Below, in pieces: positions 1-11,100 of a stretch of DNA of 64,000 nt. The position numbers and the translations under genes were made by a program. This DNA is from Takakia lepidozioides (lineage: Eukaryota > Plantae > Bryophyta). The notes beneath the pieces were generated by a model, which did no database searches, was not told the origin of the DNA, and saw nothing but the letters and a program-made list of their open reading frames with translations. Positions within the stretch are counted from its first letter, which is position 1, and each line of letters opens with the position of its first letter. Location of the stretch: NCBI GenBank assembly GCA_030704615.1, contig CM060733.1:71176001-71240000 (forward strand), given 5' to 3'.

Positions 1-1094
1 GAGTTACATGAGTGAAGAAGAAACCCAAGGACAGAACTTGGAGGATGAAAACATGGAGAAGAAATTGGAAGAGGAAAATTATGAAGAAGTAGACCCAACA
101 GCTGAGGTTGAGACTACAACCAGGACATCCCAACCCGTTGGACCTGGATCAAGTGGAGCACTTGGATCACAGGCCAACGAAGGTGTCGGCTCAGGGGGAT
201 CAGGCGGGCGGCCTGGATCTGGCTCTGGGGGGACAGGGAGTGTGGGAAGTAGTGCAACTGAAGCTGGGAATACTGTGAATATCGTTGGGCCAGTAGCAGC
301 GAGTGCTCAAGGGCCACCACTTGGTGGAAGATCCACCACAAAAACAACAGGTCCAGAAGGACCAGCACCAGCAAGGGTGCCAGCACCTATCAGTGGGCAG
401 AAGGTAGGGCCACAGATGGCGTTACAACCAACACGGGCAAAACCACCCTTTCCAATATATTCAGGAAAAGGGGATCCCGATGTACACATTAGCCAATTTG
501 AGCACATGTGTATAGTGAACAATGAGAATGGCGATGATGCCAAGATGAGATTGTTTCCTTGTTCACTTATCAAGAAAGCAAGTGAATAGTATGCAAGATT
601 CTCTGATAATCATTTCCTAACCTGGAATGGCTTGAATACAGCATTTCGAAATAGGTTCAGGACAAGTAAAACTGAGGATGAAGTGTATGGAAGTTTACAA
701 CAGTTAAAGCAAAAGAAGCATGAAACTGTTGAGGAGTATATGGAAAAGATGGAATTGATGATGAAAAAGCTGGCTGTAGTACCACCACCCGGTTTACAGA
801 AGACTTGGTTTGTGAGTGGACTAAGACCAGAGTTGCAAAAGAAAGTGGATATGTTACCCCATAATACAGTGGAGGAGGCATTTGAAACTGCAAACAGAAT
901 TGAGCAATTGGGAATGCTCAGGAGAGAGAAAATGGATGATGAGGACTCTGAGGATGAGTCAGATGAAGAAGAAGAGCAAGAACTAAAAAGGAAGAGTAAG
1001 AGAAATGAGAAGTTGAAGAGGGATAACTATGAAAAAAGATTGGAAGAAATCTTGAAGAAGTATGCCACAGAGGCTGTAACACATTGGAGGAAGG
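1..1094 (+). pseudogene. Ty3/gypsy gag fragment (older copy), interrupted at 1094 by a sister element
   Basis: Near-identical to 3069-4158. Retrotrans_gag-like text (FPIYSGKGDPDVHISQFE...KMRLFPCSL; LQQLKQKKHETVEEY). TGG>TAG stop at 587-589. Similarity to the second copy ends exactly at ...GAGGAAGG (1094). Confidence 0.88.
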
Positions 1095-2048
1095 TGTTAG
1101 AGGACTGTCTGGGACTTAGACACTTATACGGGATCTGTAGGGTACCCTTAATTTTTGCACAGACTGAGACCAACAGGAGCCTTAGGGGTGACAGCAGCGC
1201 ACTGTAGAGAGGGGTTACACAGCCCGTCACAGTCGTCACAGCAGACACAGCCGACACAGCCAACATAGCCCGTCACAGTCGTCACAGCCGACACAGCCAT
1301 CACAGCCGACACAGCCACACAGCCAGTCACAGCCCGACACAGCCAAACACAGTCGCACAGCCAGTCAACAGCCCGTCACAGTTTCACACAGCCAGTCACA
1401 GCTTGACACAACTGTCACGATCATAGGGAACGGAGAGGTAGGACAGGGAACGACTGTGGGAAACAACAACCTGCGAAGGGAAACATGTTAGTTCACAGAC
1501 GACGTTTAGTGAGGGAAACGGTTAGAAACCACGGGTAGGAAGATAAAGGGAGAAGCGGGGAATTTTGGGGATATCATTCGGCGGAGGACTTCTTAGTCAT
1601 GGAGGAGAGGGGATCGGGCAGAGATGAAGAACGGAAGTGAAGATAGAAGAGATGATGAGTAGATGCTTGATATATGCAAGGCTGTAATGATATTGTAGAG
1701 CAGATTAGAGACACAATGGCTTCGGCCTGATACCTGATAAATCATAATCGGATACTTTTACGATACAATCACACTGTGTAGAGAGATCTGAGTGAAGCTG
1801 TGGAATGAATGGATGAGTTGATGGAATCCAATAGATTGATGAAGCAAACTGATACTTAATTATCAATGGTAAGATAGCTAACATGAATGCCAAAAGGGAA
1901 ACAAATAGGAAACACCCCCATGATACACTAGCTGTAGGTCATGACTGATTGTTCTGCGCGGGCTGAGTACTTAGAGATTTCCAACTCTTCTATCTTGGAG
2001 TTTCCGCCTCGGATAGCGAAGGGATGGGTGAGTAAAAGCCGCGCGACA
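1095..2048 (+). mobile_element. 5' LTR of Ty3/gypsy element (~954 bp)
   Basis: Starts TGT at the gag breakpoint and ends ...GCGACA, directly followed by a PBS-like TGGCGACC. The second LTR is not visible (gap). Confidence 0.75.
1215..1420. repeat. Short-unit tandem repeat inside the LTR (CACAGCC/GACACAG/GTCACAG)
   Basis: Directly visible reiteration of 7-10 bp units. Confidence 0.85.
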
Positions 2049-2050
2049 TT

Positions 2051-2068
2051 TGGCGACCATACTGGGAA
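2051..2068 (+). promoter_or_regulatory. Primer binding site, tRNA-Arg-like
   Basis: TGGCGACCATACTGGGAA begins 2 nt after the LTR-terminal CA; TGG is complementary to the tRNA CCA end. Confidence 0.65.
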
Positions 2069-2153
2069 CTGAGTAATGAACAACCAGATGTGACAGGCAT
2101 CTGGTGGGATCATGGTGGTTGGACCATTAAAGAATTTGAAGTGAAAATTCCCT

Positions 2154-2630
2154 GTGGAACGAAGGAAGAAAGATTGTCCAAACAATTCTTTCAAAGGTTC
2201 TTGGAATTGCCAGACGGTTGTAAAGAAAATATTCTTAAGAGTGCATGATGCTGATCCGGAATGGGGTCTGGAGAAAGGAGTGATAAAGATTTATCAGGTA
2301 GCCTGTAGAGGAAGAGCACGTTGGTTACCAACATTGGTTTATGTGATAGCATTGCTATCCATTAAGCGAGTAGAGTTTGAAGGCTGGGAAGAAAGAAAGG
2401 TGAATGTTTATACTCATATGCATGAAGAGCTTGTACTGGTAAAGAATTGGATTCCAAAGGATATTTTGTGGATCAAACTCACACCAAGAACAGCTTTCCA
2501 GACTTGTTTGCCATATGGTTATATGGTAACGGAGACTTCAAGTATAGCCAAGGGTGCATTGAAGCTTGAAAGAAACCCAGGCATATACGAGAGATATTAC
2601 AGAAGAGAGTTTTGGTTATTGCCACATTAA
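2154..2630 (+). CDS. Extra ORF upstream of gag (158 aa, unknown function)
   Basis: Open frame between the PBS and the gag ATG with globular, protein-like composition. Start codon uncertain. Confidence 0.4.
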   Translation: MERRKKDCPNNSFKGSWNCQTVVKKIFLRVHDADPEWGLEKGVIKIYQVACRGRARWLPTLVYVIALLSIKRVEFEGWEERKVNVYTHMHEELVLVKNWIPKDILWIKLTPRTAFQTCLPYGYMVTETSSIAKGALKLERNPGIYERYYRREFWLLPH

Positions 2631-2651
2631 AAGAAATGAAAGACATGGGAC

Positions 2652-5600
2652 ATGAGTGATGAAAGAGAAGCTAGACGCCAGAGATATTCAGCAAAAAGAG
2701 AAAGCTATCTGAAAGCTAATTATCCATATCTTTGGGAGAGAGGAATAGACATAGGGGAATCATCTGGACCTCTCACACCATTAAGATCAAAGAGTACATC
2801 ACCCATACCGGAAGAACTAGAGTTGGATGCCACTCCTTCTGTTTCTTTGCAAGAAAGATTAAGGGAATTGGTACAGGAAGAAGATCAATCACGAGGTGAA
2901 AGATCTGAGGTACATCCCTGGATAAAAGATTTGACAGAAATCTTTGATAAGAGTTGGCATGGAACACCAAAAGCAGGAACTCCAGTTTCTGAAGCAGAAG
3001 GTGAAGAAGGAGAAGAGGATGTGGCAGAGCCAACGGAGAGTTCAGACTCTCCAACACCATTACAGTTGAGTTACATGAGTGAAGAAGAAACCCAAGGGCA
3101 GAACTTGGAGGATGAAAACAGAGAGAAGAAATTGGAAGAGGAAAATATGAAGAAGTAGACCCAACAGCTGAGGTTGAGACTACAACCAGGACATCCCAAC
3201 CCGTTGGACCTGGATCAAGTGGAGCACTTGGATCACAGGCCAACGAAGGTGTCGGCTCAGGGGGATCAGGCGGGCTGCCTGGATCTGGCTCTGGGGGACA
3301 GGGAGTGTGGGAAGTAGTGCAACTGAAGCTGGGAATACTGTGAATATCGTGGGGCCAGAAGCAGGGAGTGCTCAAGGGCCACCACTTGGTGGAAGATCCA
3401 CCACAAAAACAACAGGTCCAGAAGGACCAGCACCAGCAAGGGTGCCAGCACCTGTCAGTGGGCAGAAGGTAGGGCCACAGATGGCGTTACAACCAACACG
3501 GGCAAAACCACCCTTTCCAATATATTCAGGAAAAGGGGATCCCGATGTACACATTAGCCAATTTGAGCACATGTGTATAGTGAACAATGAGAATGGCGAT
3601 GATGCCAAGATGAGATTGTTTCCTTGTTCACTTATCAAGAAAGCAAGTGAATGGTATGCAAGATTCCCTGATAATCATTTCCTAACCTGGAATGGCTTGA
3701 ATACAACATTTCGAAATAGGTTCAGGACAAGTAAAACTGAGGATGAAGTGTATGGAAGTTTACAACAGCTGAAGCAGAAGAAGCATGAAACTGTTGAAGA
3801 GTATATGGAGAAGATGGAATTGATGATGAAAAAGCTGGCTGCAGTACCAGCACCCGGTTTACAGAAGACTTGGTTTGTGAGTGGACTAAGACCAGAGTTG
3901 CAAAAGAAAGTGGATATGTTACCCCATAATACAGTGGAGGAGGCATTTGAAACTGCAAACAGAATTGAGCAATTGGGAATGCTCAGGAGAGAGAAAAAAG
4001 ATGATGAGGACTCTGAGGATGAGTCAGATGAAGAAGAAGAGCAAGAACTAAAAAGAAAGAGTAAGAGAAAGGAGAAGTTGAAGAGGGATAACTATGAAAA
4101 AGATTGGAAGAAATCTTGAAGAAGTATGCCACAGAGGCTGCAACACATTGGAGGAAGGGTGTATGGTGTGCAAAGTGCCAGAATGAAGGCCATACCACCA
4201 CAGAATGCCACATGAAGGAGAAACACTGTACTATCTGTAAAATGGATAACCATTCTACTGAGAATTGTTACTACAACAGAAGGACAGCTGCAAGAGAACC
4301 TAGGCAAGTAAGGGTGCATCAGGTGCAGCCCCAGCCAAGAAGAAACAATGATCAGGACCACTATGGTAGGTCTGGTGGTTATAACAATGGCATGGAAGGG
4401 AGAGGTAATTCAAGAGGAATTACCAAGGAAATTCCAGAGGCAACTATCAGGGTAATCCAAGGGGGAATTACCAGCCCGGGAATCAGGATTATAGAAATAA
4501 TCCAAGAACAGACCAAGGGCGAGGACCCAATGGTGAAGAACTATGTTACTATTGTAATCAGCCAGGACATCGCAAGGCAGCCTGTTCATTCTGGATAAGA
4601 CACCAGAATGAGATGAGAGCTCCTGTGAATGAGGGCCCAGTGGTGGCAGCTCACATGGTTAGGCCATGTGTTGTACCAGAAGTAAGTACAATGATAGTAA
4701 CAAGAAGTAAAGCCAAACTAATACCTCCAGTAGTAGAGGAAGAAGATGATAATGAAGGTGGCAATGATATGCCTGAAGATGAAGAGACTTGGAAAGATGA
4801 GAAGGAACTGCACAAGGAAGTGGCAGATACTATAAGGGAAATGCAGAAGAGTACTGATATTCCTGTGGCAGATTCCTCTGATTCTGATGGAGAAGAAGAA
4901 GGGAGTGAGGAAGAAAGGAAGAAAGAAGATGCAGACATGCAAAGTAATGAAGAGACTTTGGCTGAAGTAATATGCCAGACCAAAGCAGAAATTACCATTG
5001 GACAGCTATTAGCTGTGGCACCTTATTGTAGGCACAGGCTGTATCAAGCAATCAATCGAATTGCCCAGGAGACAGGAAACACAGACCTGAACAGCAAGGT
5101 GACCAGTTATAATGTGAAGCCGGAAGGGCGAGAAACAGTCATGGACTTTGATGATTCTATGCCAGTAATCCAATTGAGAATTGGAAGCACAGAACTAACT
5201 GATGTACTGATAGATGGAGGTTCTGGAGTAAATATCATGACAGACCAATTAAGAAAGAAGCTTGGTCTAAGTAACATGAAACCAGCCCCATTTACAGTAA
5301 CAATGGCAGATCAAAGAAGTGTACAGCCATTGGGATTAATAAGAGGAGTTAAGATACAGATACAGAAGATGATCTTTATGATCACAGTAACTGTGTTGAA
5401 AATGGATGAAGTCATGGAGGCTTACTCCTTATTATTGGGACGTCCGTGGCTGAAACAGGCCAGGGTATTCCATGACTGGAATTCTCAGTTACTAACCGTG
5501 CATAATGGGATACACGAGATACAAATTACCACAAAGAAATCTAGTAGATTACCTGCTACAAGAAGACCTCGAGGAGTCAGAGAGTATGACTGGAAAGGAG

Positions 5601-6118
5601 GACTGGATGAGGAGCAGGAAGCTACCCTATTTGCTGCACACCCAGAGTGGAGCAGGTTGCAAAGATGCGGCTGGAAAGCCTAAGTTGTTCGAGAGGTATC
5701 TGCTGTGGTGTAGTGACAGCAACACCAACTAAAGAGGAAACCAGCATTTACCCATCACATTTCTATGAAGAAAGAGAAGGAGAAATAGAAATCCTAGAAG
5801 AACCAGCCACTGTGAGCTTACAGGATGAAGTGGTGACTGGTTGGACAATCACAGCTGATGAGCAGGTGAGGGAAGTAAATGTGGGAACTAAGAGGAACCG
5901 AGGATGGTGAAAGTAGGAGCTGATTTGGAGCCGGAATTCTTTGAAGAAGCTAAAAGCTTGTTCATCAAATACAGAGATGTATTTGCTTGGAGCTATGAGG
6001 ATCTAAAAGGGATACCACCTGAAGTCTGTCAGCATAAGATTGAACTGAACCAGGGTCAGTACCAATCAAGCAGGCGAGGTATAGAATGAATCCCAACTAC
6101 GCACTGAAGGTTGGAGAA
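2652..6118 (+). pseudogene. Ty3/gypsy gag-pol (gag, CCHC knuckles, aspartic protease, start of RT), frameshifted and cut by the gap
   Basis: Knuckles CAKCQNEGHTTTEC, CTICKMDNHSTENC and CYYCNQPGH; protease VLIDGGSGVNIM...LLLGRPWL; RT lead-in DVFAWSYEDLKGIPPEVCQHKIEL, typical of non-chromovirus gypsy. Several 1-nt indels, mostly in homopolymers. Confidence 0.9.
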
Positions 6119-6618
6119 NNNNNNNNNNNNNNNNNNNNNNNNNNNNNNNNNNNNNNNNNNNNNNNNNNNNNNNNNNNNNNNNNNNNNNNNNNNNNNNNNN
6201 NNNNNNNNNNNNNNNNNNNNNNNNNNNNNNNNNNNNNNNNNNNNNNNNNNNNNNNNNNNNNNNNNNNNNNNNNNNNNNNNNNNNNNNNNNNNNNNNNNNN
6301 NNNNNNNNNNNNNNNNNNNNNNNNNNNNNNNNNNNNNNNNNNNNNNNNNNNNNNNNNNNNNNNNNNNNNNNNNNNNNNNNNNNNNNNNNNNNNNNNNNNN
6401 NNNNNNNNNNNNNNNNNNNNNNNNNNNNNNNNNNNNNNNNNNNNNNNNNNNNNNNNNNNNNNNNNNNNNNNNNNNNNNNNNNNNNNNNNNNNNNNNNNNN
6501 NNNNNNNNNNNNNNNNNNNNNNNNNNNNNNNNNNNNNNNNNNNNNNNNNNNNNNNNNNNNNNNNNNNNNNNNNNNNNNNNNNNNNNNNNNNNNNNNNNNN
6601 NNNNNNNNNNNNNNNNNN
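6119..6618. other. Assembly gap (500 N)
   Basis: Run of N. Confidence 1.
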
Positions 6619-6659
6619 ATGGGAATTACCTGCACGAAGGTAATTCCTCGCTCAGAAAT

Positions 6660-7935
6660 AAATGGCGAGTTGAAATCCGGCGCCGAATATCCATACGGCA
6701 CTGATCCGACTTACCTCCTGGATGGAAATTCGGCGCCGAATTTCCATTCATCCACGATTCGAATTACCTGCAGGATGGAAATTCGGCGCCGAATATCCAT
6801 ATGGCACGATCCGACTTACCTGCAGGATGGAAATTCGGCGCCGAATTACCTGCTTGAAGGAAATTTGGCGAACCGCCCTACCTGCGCGGATGGAAATTCG
6901 GCGCCAGATTTCCATCCGCGCGCATCCGAATTACCTGCTTGAAGGAAATTTGGCCACCGCCCTACCTGCGCGGATGGAAATTCGGCGCCGGATTTCCATC
7001 CGGGCGCATCCGAATTACCTGCGCGGATGGAAATTCGGCGCCGGATTTCCATCCGCGCGCATCCGAATTACCTGCGCGGATGGAAATTCGGCGCCGGATT
7101 TCCATCCGCGCGCATCCGAATTACCTGCTTGAAGGAAATTTGGCGCACCGCCATCCTACGCGGATGGAAATTCGGCGCCGGATTTCCATCCGCGCGCATC
7201 CGAATTACCTGCGCGGATGGAAATTCGGCGCCGGATTTCCATTTTGGCGCATCCGAATTACCTGCTTGAAGGAAATTTGGCGCACCGCCATCCTACGCGG
7301 ATGGAAATTCGGCGCCGGATTTCCATCCGCGCGCATCCGAATTACCTGCGCGGATGGAAATTCGGCGCCGGATTTCCATCCGCGCGCATCCGAATTACCT
7401 GCTTGAAGGAAATTTGGCGCACCGCCATCCTACGCGGATGGAAATTCGGCGCCGGATTTCCATCCGCGCGCATCCGAATTACCTGCGCGGATGGAAATTC
7501 GGCGCCGGATTTCCATTTTGCGCATCCGAATTACCTGCTTGAAGGAAATTTGGCGCACCGCCATCCTACGCGGATGGAAATTCGGCGCCGGATTTCCATC
7601 CGCGCGCATCCGAATTACCTGCGCGGATGGAAATTCGGCGCCGGATTTCCATCCGCGCGCATCCGAATTACCTGCTTGAAGGAAATTTGGCGCACCGCCC
7701 TACCTGCGCGGATGGAAATTCGGCGCCGGATTTCCATCCGCGCGCATCCGAATTACCTGCTTGAAGGAAATTTGGCGCACCGCCATCCTACGCGGATGGA
7801 AATTCGGCGCCGGATTTCCATCCGCGCGCATCCGAATTACCTGCTTGAAGGAAATTTGGCGAACCGCCCTACCTGCGCGGATGGAAATTCGGCGCCGGAT
7901 TTCCATCCGCGCGCTTCCGAATTACCTGCGTGAGG
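6660..7935. repeat. Array of palindrome GGATGGAAATTCGGCGCCG(G/A)ATTTCCATCC, spacing 53/84 bp
   Basis: About 20 copies; starts at 6888, 6972, 7025, 7078, 7162, 7215, 7299. Confidence 0.95.
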
Positions 7936-8155
7936 GAAATTCCGGGACTGTTTTCGTCTATTTCTTCCGACATGGAGGGCTTCATTCGACATTTAATTGC
8001 GCAGTTGGGCAATAAATGTCGACGGCCGTCGCTTATTATTCGGGCTGGCGACGCATGGCTTCCTGGACACGTACCCTAAATCTCATGCTATACTTGGCTT
8101 AACATGGTATTCCAGGCATGTACCCCAAAAAAGGAGATCTTTTTGGCTGGGACTT

Positions 8156-11100
8156 ATGCCGCCTGAAGGGCGTGGCTCTCCTGAGAGAGACCTCAGATCC
8201 AGACCGCGGCGGAAGTTGAAAGCTCTGTACTACGGACGACGGCCAATCTCTCGCATGGCCAAACTGAAGCTCCAGCAGGAGATTCCAGTGTCTTGCTCAC
8301 AACCTGCGCCAACTGAAGCCGAGTACTCTCAGGCAAGCCACTTCTGCTTTCGGTTTGTTCGATTTCTTTTTTGCTTTCGCTTCGTTACCTCGCTTTGTTT
8401 CTGCATCTTCATCCTGGCTTTGCTTTATGAGTGAACTTTAGATAGTTGACTGAACCTTAGATTGTTTGCAATGCGTGTGCAAATCCGGCAACTCTGGAGA
8501 AGGCTGCTTGTGCATGTCATTCTTAGGCAATGGTTGCATTTGTTTTCATTGTTGTTGCATGGCTCTCCATACTTCCTAAACTTGTTATGTTTTCATTTTT
8601 GCTACATGATTGCTGCTATGGTGGTTGCGCTGCTGCTTTTTGCACCACTGTTGGTGTTCACGATTTTTGTCAATCACAGAGTGACGACGAGCCCGGCACG
8701 CTGGTGGTATCATCGACAGCTCCAACTCATCGCATGTTTGAATCGCCCAACTTGGGGCGAGAGGGCAAACTTAAATCTTTTGTTGGTGGACGGGAGGACT
8801 TGCAACGAGATTACGATAGAGTAGGCATTGGGGAGGTTGGTGCAGGCGGCATGGCAGGTGAAGGGCGTGAGGACATGAGGACAGCAGATCCGGCAATGGA
8901 GGTTGTTCATGCACATGCAGTAGGGCCCGCCCACGCAAAGAAAAAGAAGAAAGCTAAGCACATGCAATCCCCGGCGAGAGAGCAGTCACGGGCTGCGGAG
9001 GGGGGAGTGAGCAGTGCGCGCGAGGGTGTCAGTTCGCCTCAATCAAAGGTGGTCGTCCTGGAGGGCTCCCCTGTTGCTAGCCCTAGTAAGAAACAGAAAG
9101 CCCGTGAGAGGGCAAAAGAGAGGGCAAAAGAACAGACGAGACAGAATGCTAGCAAGGAGGAAAGACAAAAGGCAGCTGAAGAGGCCCGGGGTGCCCAAAT
9201 GACAGATGCCAATGTAAGCGAGGGACACACAGAGACGGTGGATCCCTACAAGACACCACAGAGAGGCAGTAGCACACCGGTTAGACCATCGCGGGCAAGT
9301 GCAGCCCCCGCAATTACCCATACGGTGGAGAGTGGAGGAGAGGAAAGAACACCTGAAAGAGCACCGATTGTGCAAGTTCGAGGTGAAGCCAGGGAGAGGG
9401 CAGTAGAGACGACGAGAGTGCTGGAGGTGGTTTCGCAGGTGGCTGACCCTGTTGAGGAGGACGACATGGATGTTTCTGACCAGGATGACATTCTCCCGGA
9501 CATCCCCAGGCCCCAAACCCGGAGCATACAGGCTGGATTTGGCGGTCTTGGTGGGCTGCCGGAAAACCCCTCTGCAGCAGACGTCATGTCTGAGGCGGAT
9601 ATGAAGTTGGCCGCTGCCAAGATGTTGGAGGCAACCCACAGCAACATTGGCAGGGTGCTGGGGGGCATGGTGTACCCGGCCAAGCTTCGAATTCCCCTTT
9701 GCCGCTTGGTGTCATTGCAGGTGGTGAGACCTGCCCTCCCAGGCGATATCGACAAGCTGAAATTCTCTTTCCGGGATGGATATCGAATGGGGTCTGCCGC
9801 CTTTTACGTTTCCATTGAGAACGACCACGGAGCTTCCCGTGCCCACACTTCCGATGAGGTGGACAAATGGGGTCCCCATTGGCAAACGCGAAATGAGGAG
9901 TTCGAGAGATCGATTGCTAGTGATCCTCTTTTCCAGCACATGTCCGGTAAGATGTTCTACGTGTGGGACGGCAATCATCGCCTCCTGGCATGGATGGAGC
10001 ACATTGCCCAAGCCCACCCCAACGATCTCGATTGGCATTTCGCCGTCGATTGTGTTGTGCTGAAGGTTGCGGGGCCCAAAGATCGCAGTCTTCTCAAAGC
10101 TGCAATGGCCGACATCAACTCGTAAGCTACAACCCCTCTCGCTTTTGGACTTTGAATTTGGAAGTCATTTCATTGCGAATCCTCATATATGATGAAAATT
10201 CCCATTTCAGTATTGTTTGATGGAAATGTGGCACTGCAGGGTGACTGAGAATGCCTTCATTGCCACCAACTTGTCCCATATGCTCTTCCGAGTGAAGGAT
10301 GTCGGGAGGCAGGGGGTGGAAGAGTTTGCCAATTCCCTCAGTGCCGACCTCCTGCGCAAGTCGGAGGCAAAGGCAGACAGAACCTGGTATAGGCTGAGCG
10401 TCGACGCCATGGTGGACTACATATTTCGGGTAAAGCTCCTGCAGTTTTGTTGAGCTAATTTGTCTCTCCTCCCCCAATAGAAGAAATTGTGTTGAGCAGG
10501 ATCTCTAATCTTATGTGCTGCTTTTCGACAGACGAAAATACAGCAGGATTTGGCACATGCGCGGAGGTTCTACATGGAGTCAGAGGAGAAGAATCCAACC
10601 CTCCCGGAACTCGAATCGTATGTCAAAGCTGCGGAGGTGAGGGCCCGCATAAAGTACAAGTCGCGGATGGTAAAGTACGTGGCCATAGCTGATCCCGCCC
10701 TTGGTGCCGACTTTCTGGTGGAGGTGGGAAAGCACTACTCTCGCGCTCTGAAGCCCACGATGACATTGGAGAAGCTCCATCGTCTAGCCACATCCTGTGT
10801 GGATGCAACAGAAAAGGTGATACATTCTTAACCAAATTGTGGTGGCAACAACTCCTTTTTGTGGTGTTTGGCGCTTACGAATATGCTGGGTGGTTGGACA
10901 GACCCGGTGGCTCCAAATCTGGAATGGTTCCCAAAGTACCAGGGACATGTGGAGCTTCCCCAAACCGGACAAACTCTCTGACCCCACATTCGACATGTGG
11001 ATGAACCGCATGACATGGTGGTTTCAGGTACTTCCCCACGCTTCGTTTGGGGCTTGTACTCTAGTAGGGGGTTGATTCATTGTATTTTTTGAGGAAAGCG

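Noticed and set aside
3140-4110. Programmed frameshifts in gypsy gag
   Set aside because: Single-base losses in short homopolymers relative to the sister copy, near a contig end; more likely decay or sequencing error.
6066-6704. ORFs spanning the N run
   Set aside because: Artefact of the assembly gap; adjacency across the gap is unproven.
6619-8015. Many ORFs of the MEIRRRISI / GWKFGAGFPS type (also at 11.5-12.4, 16.5-18.6, 30.8-32.8 and 36.2-36.8 kb)
   Set aside because: By-products of stop-poor palindromic repeats read in all frames.
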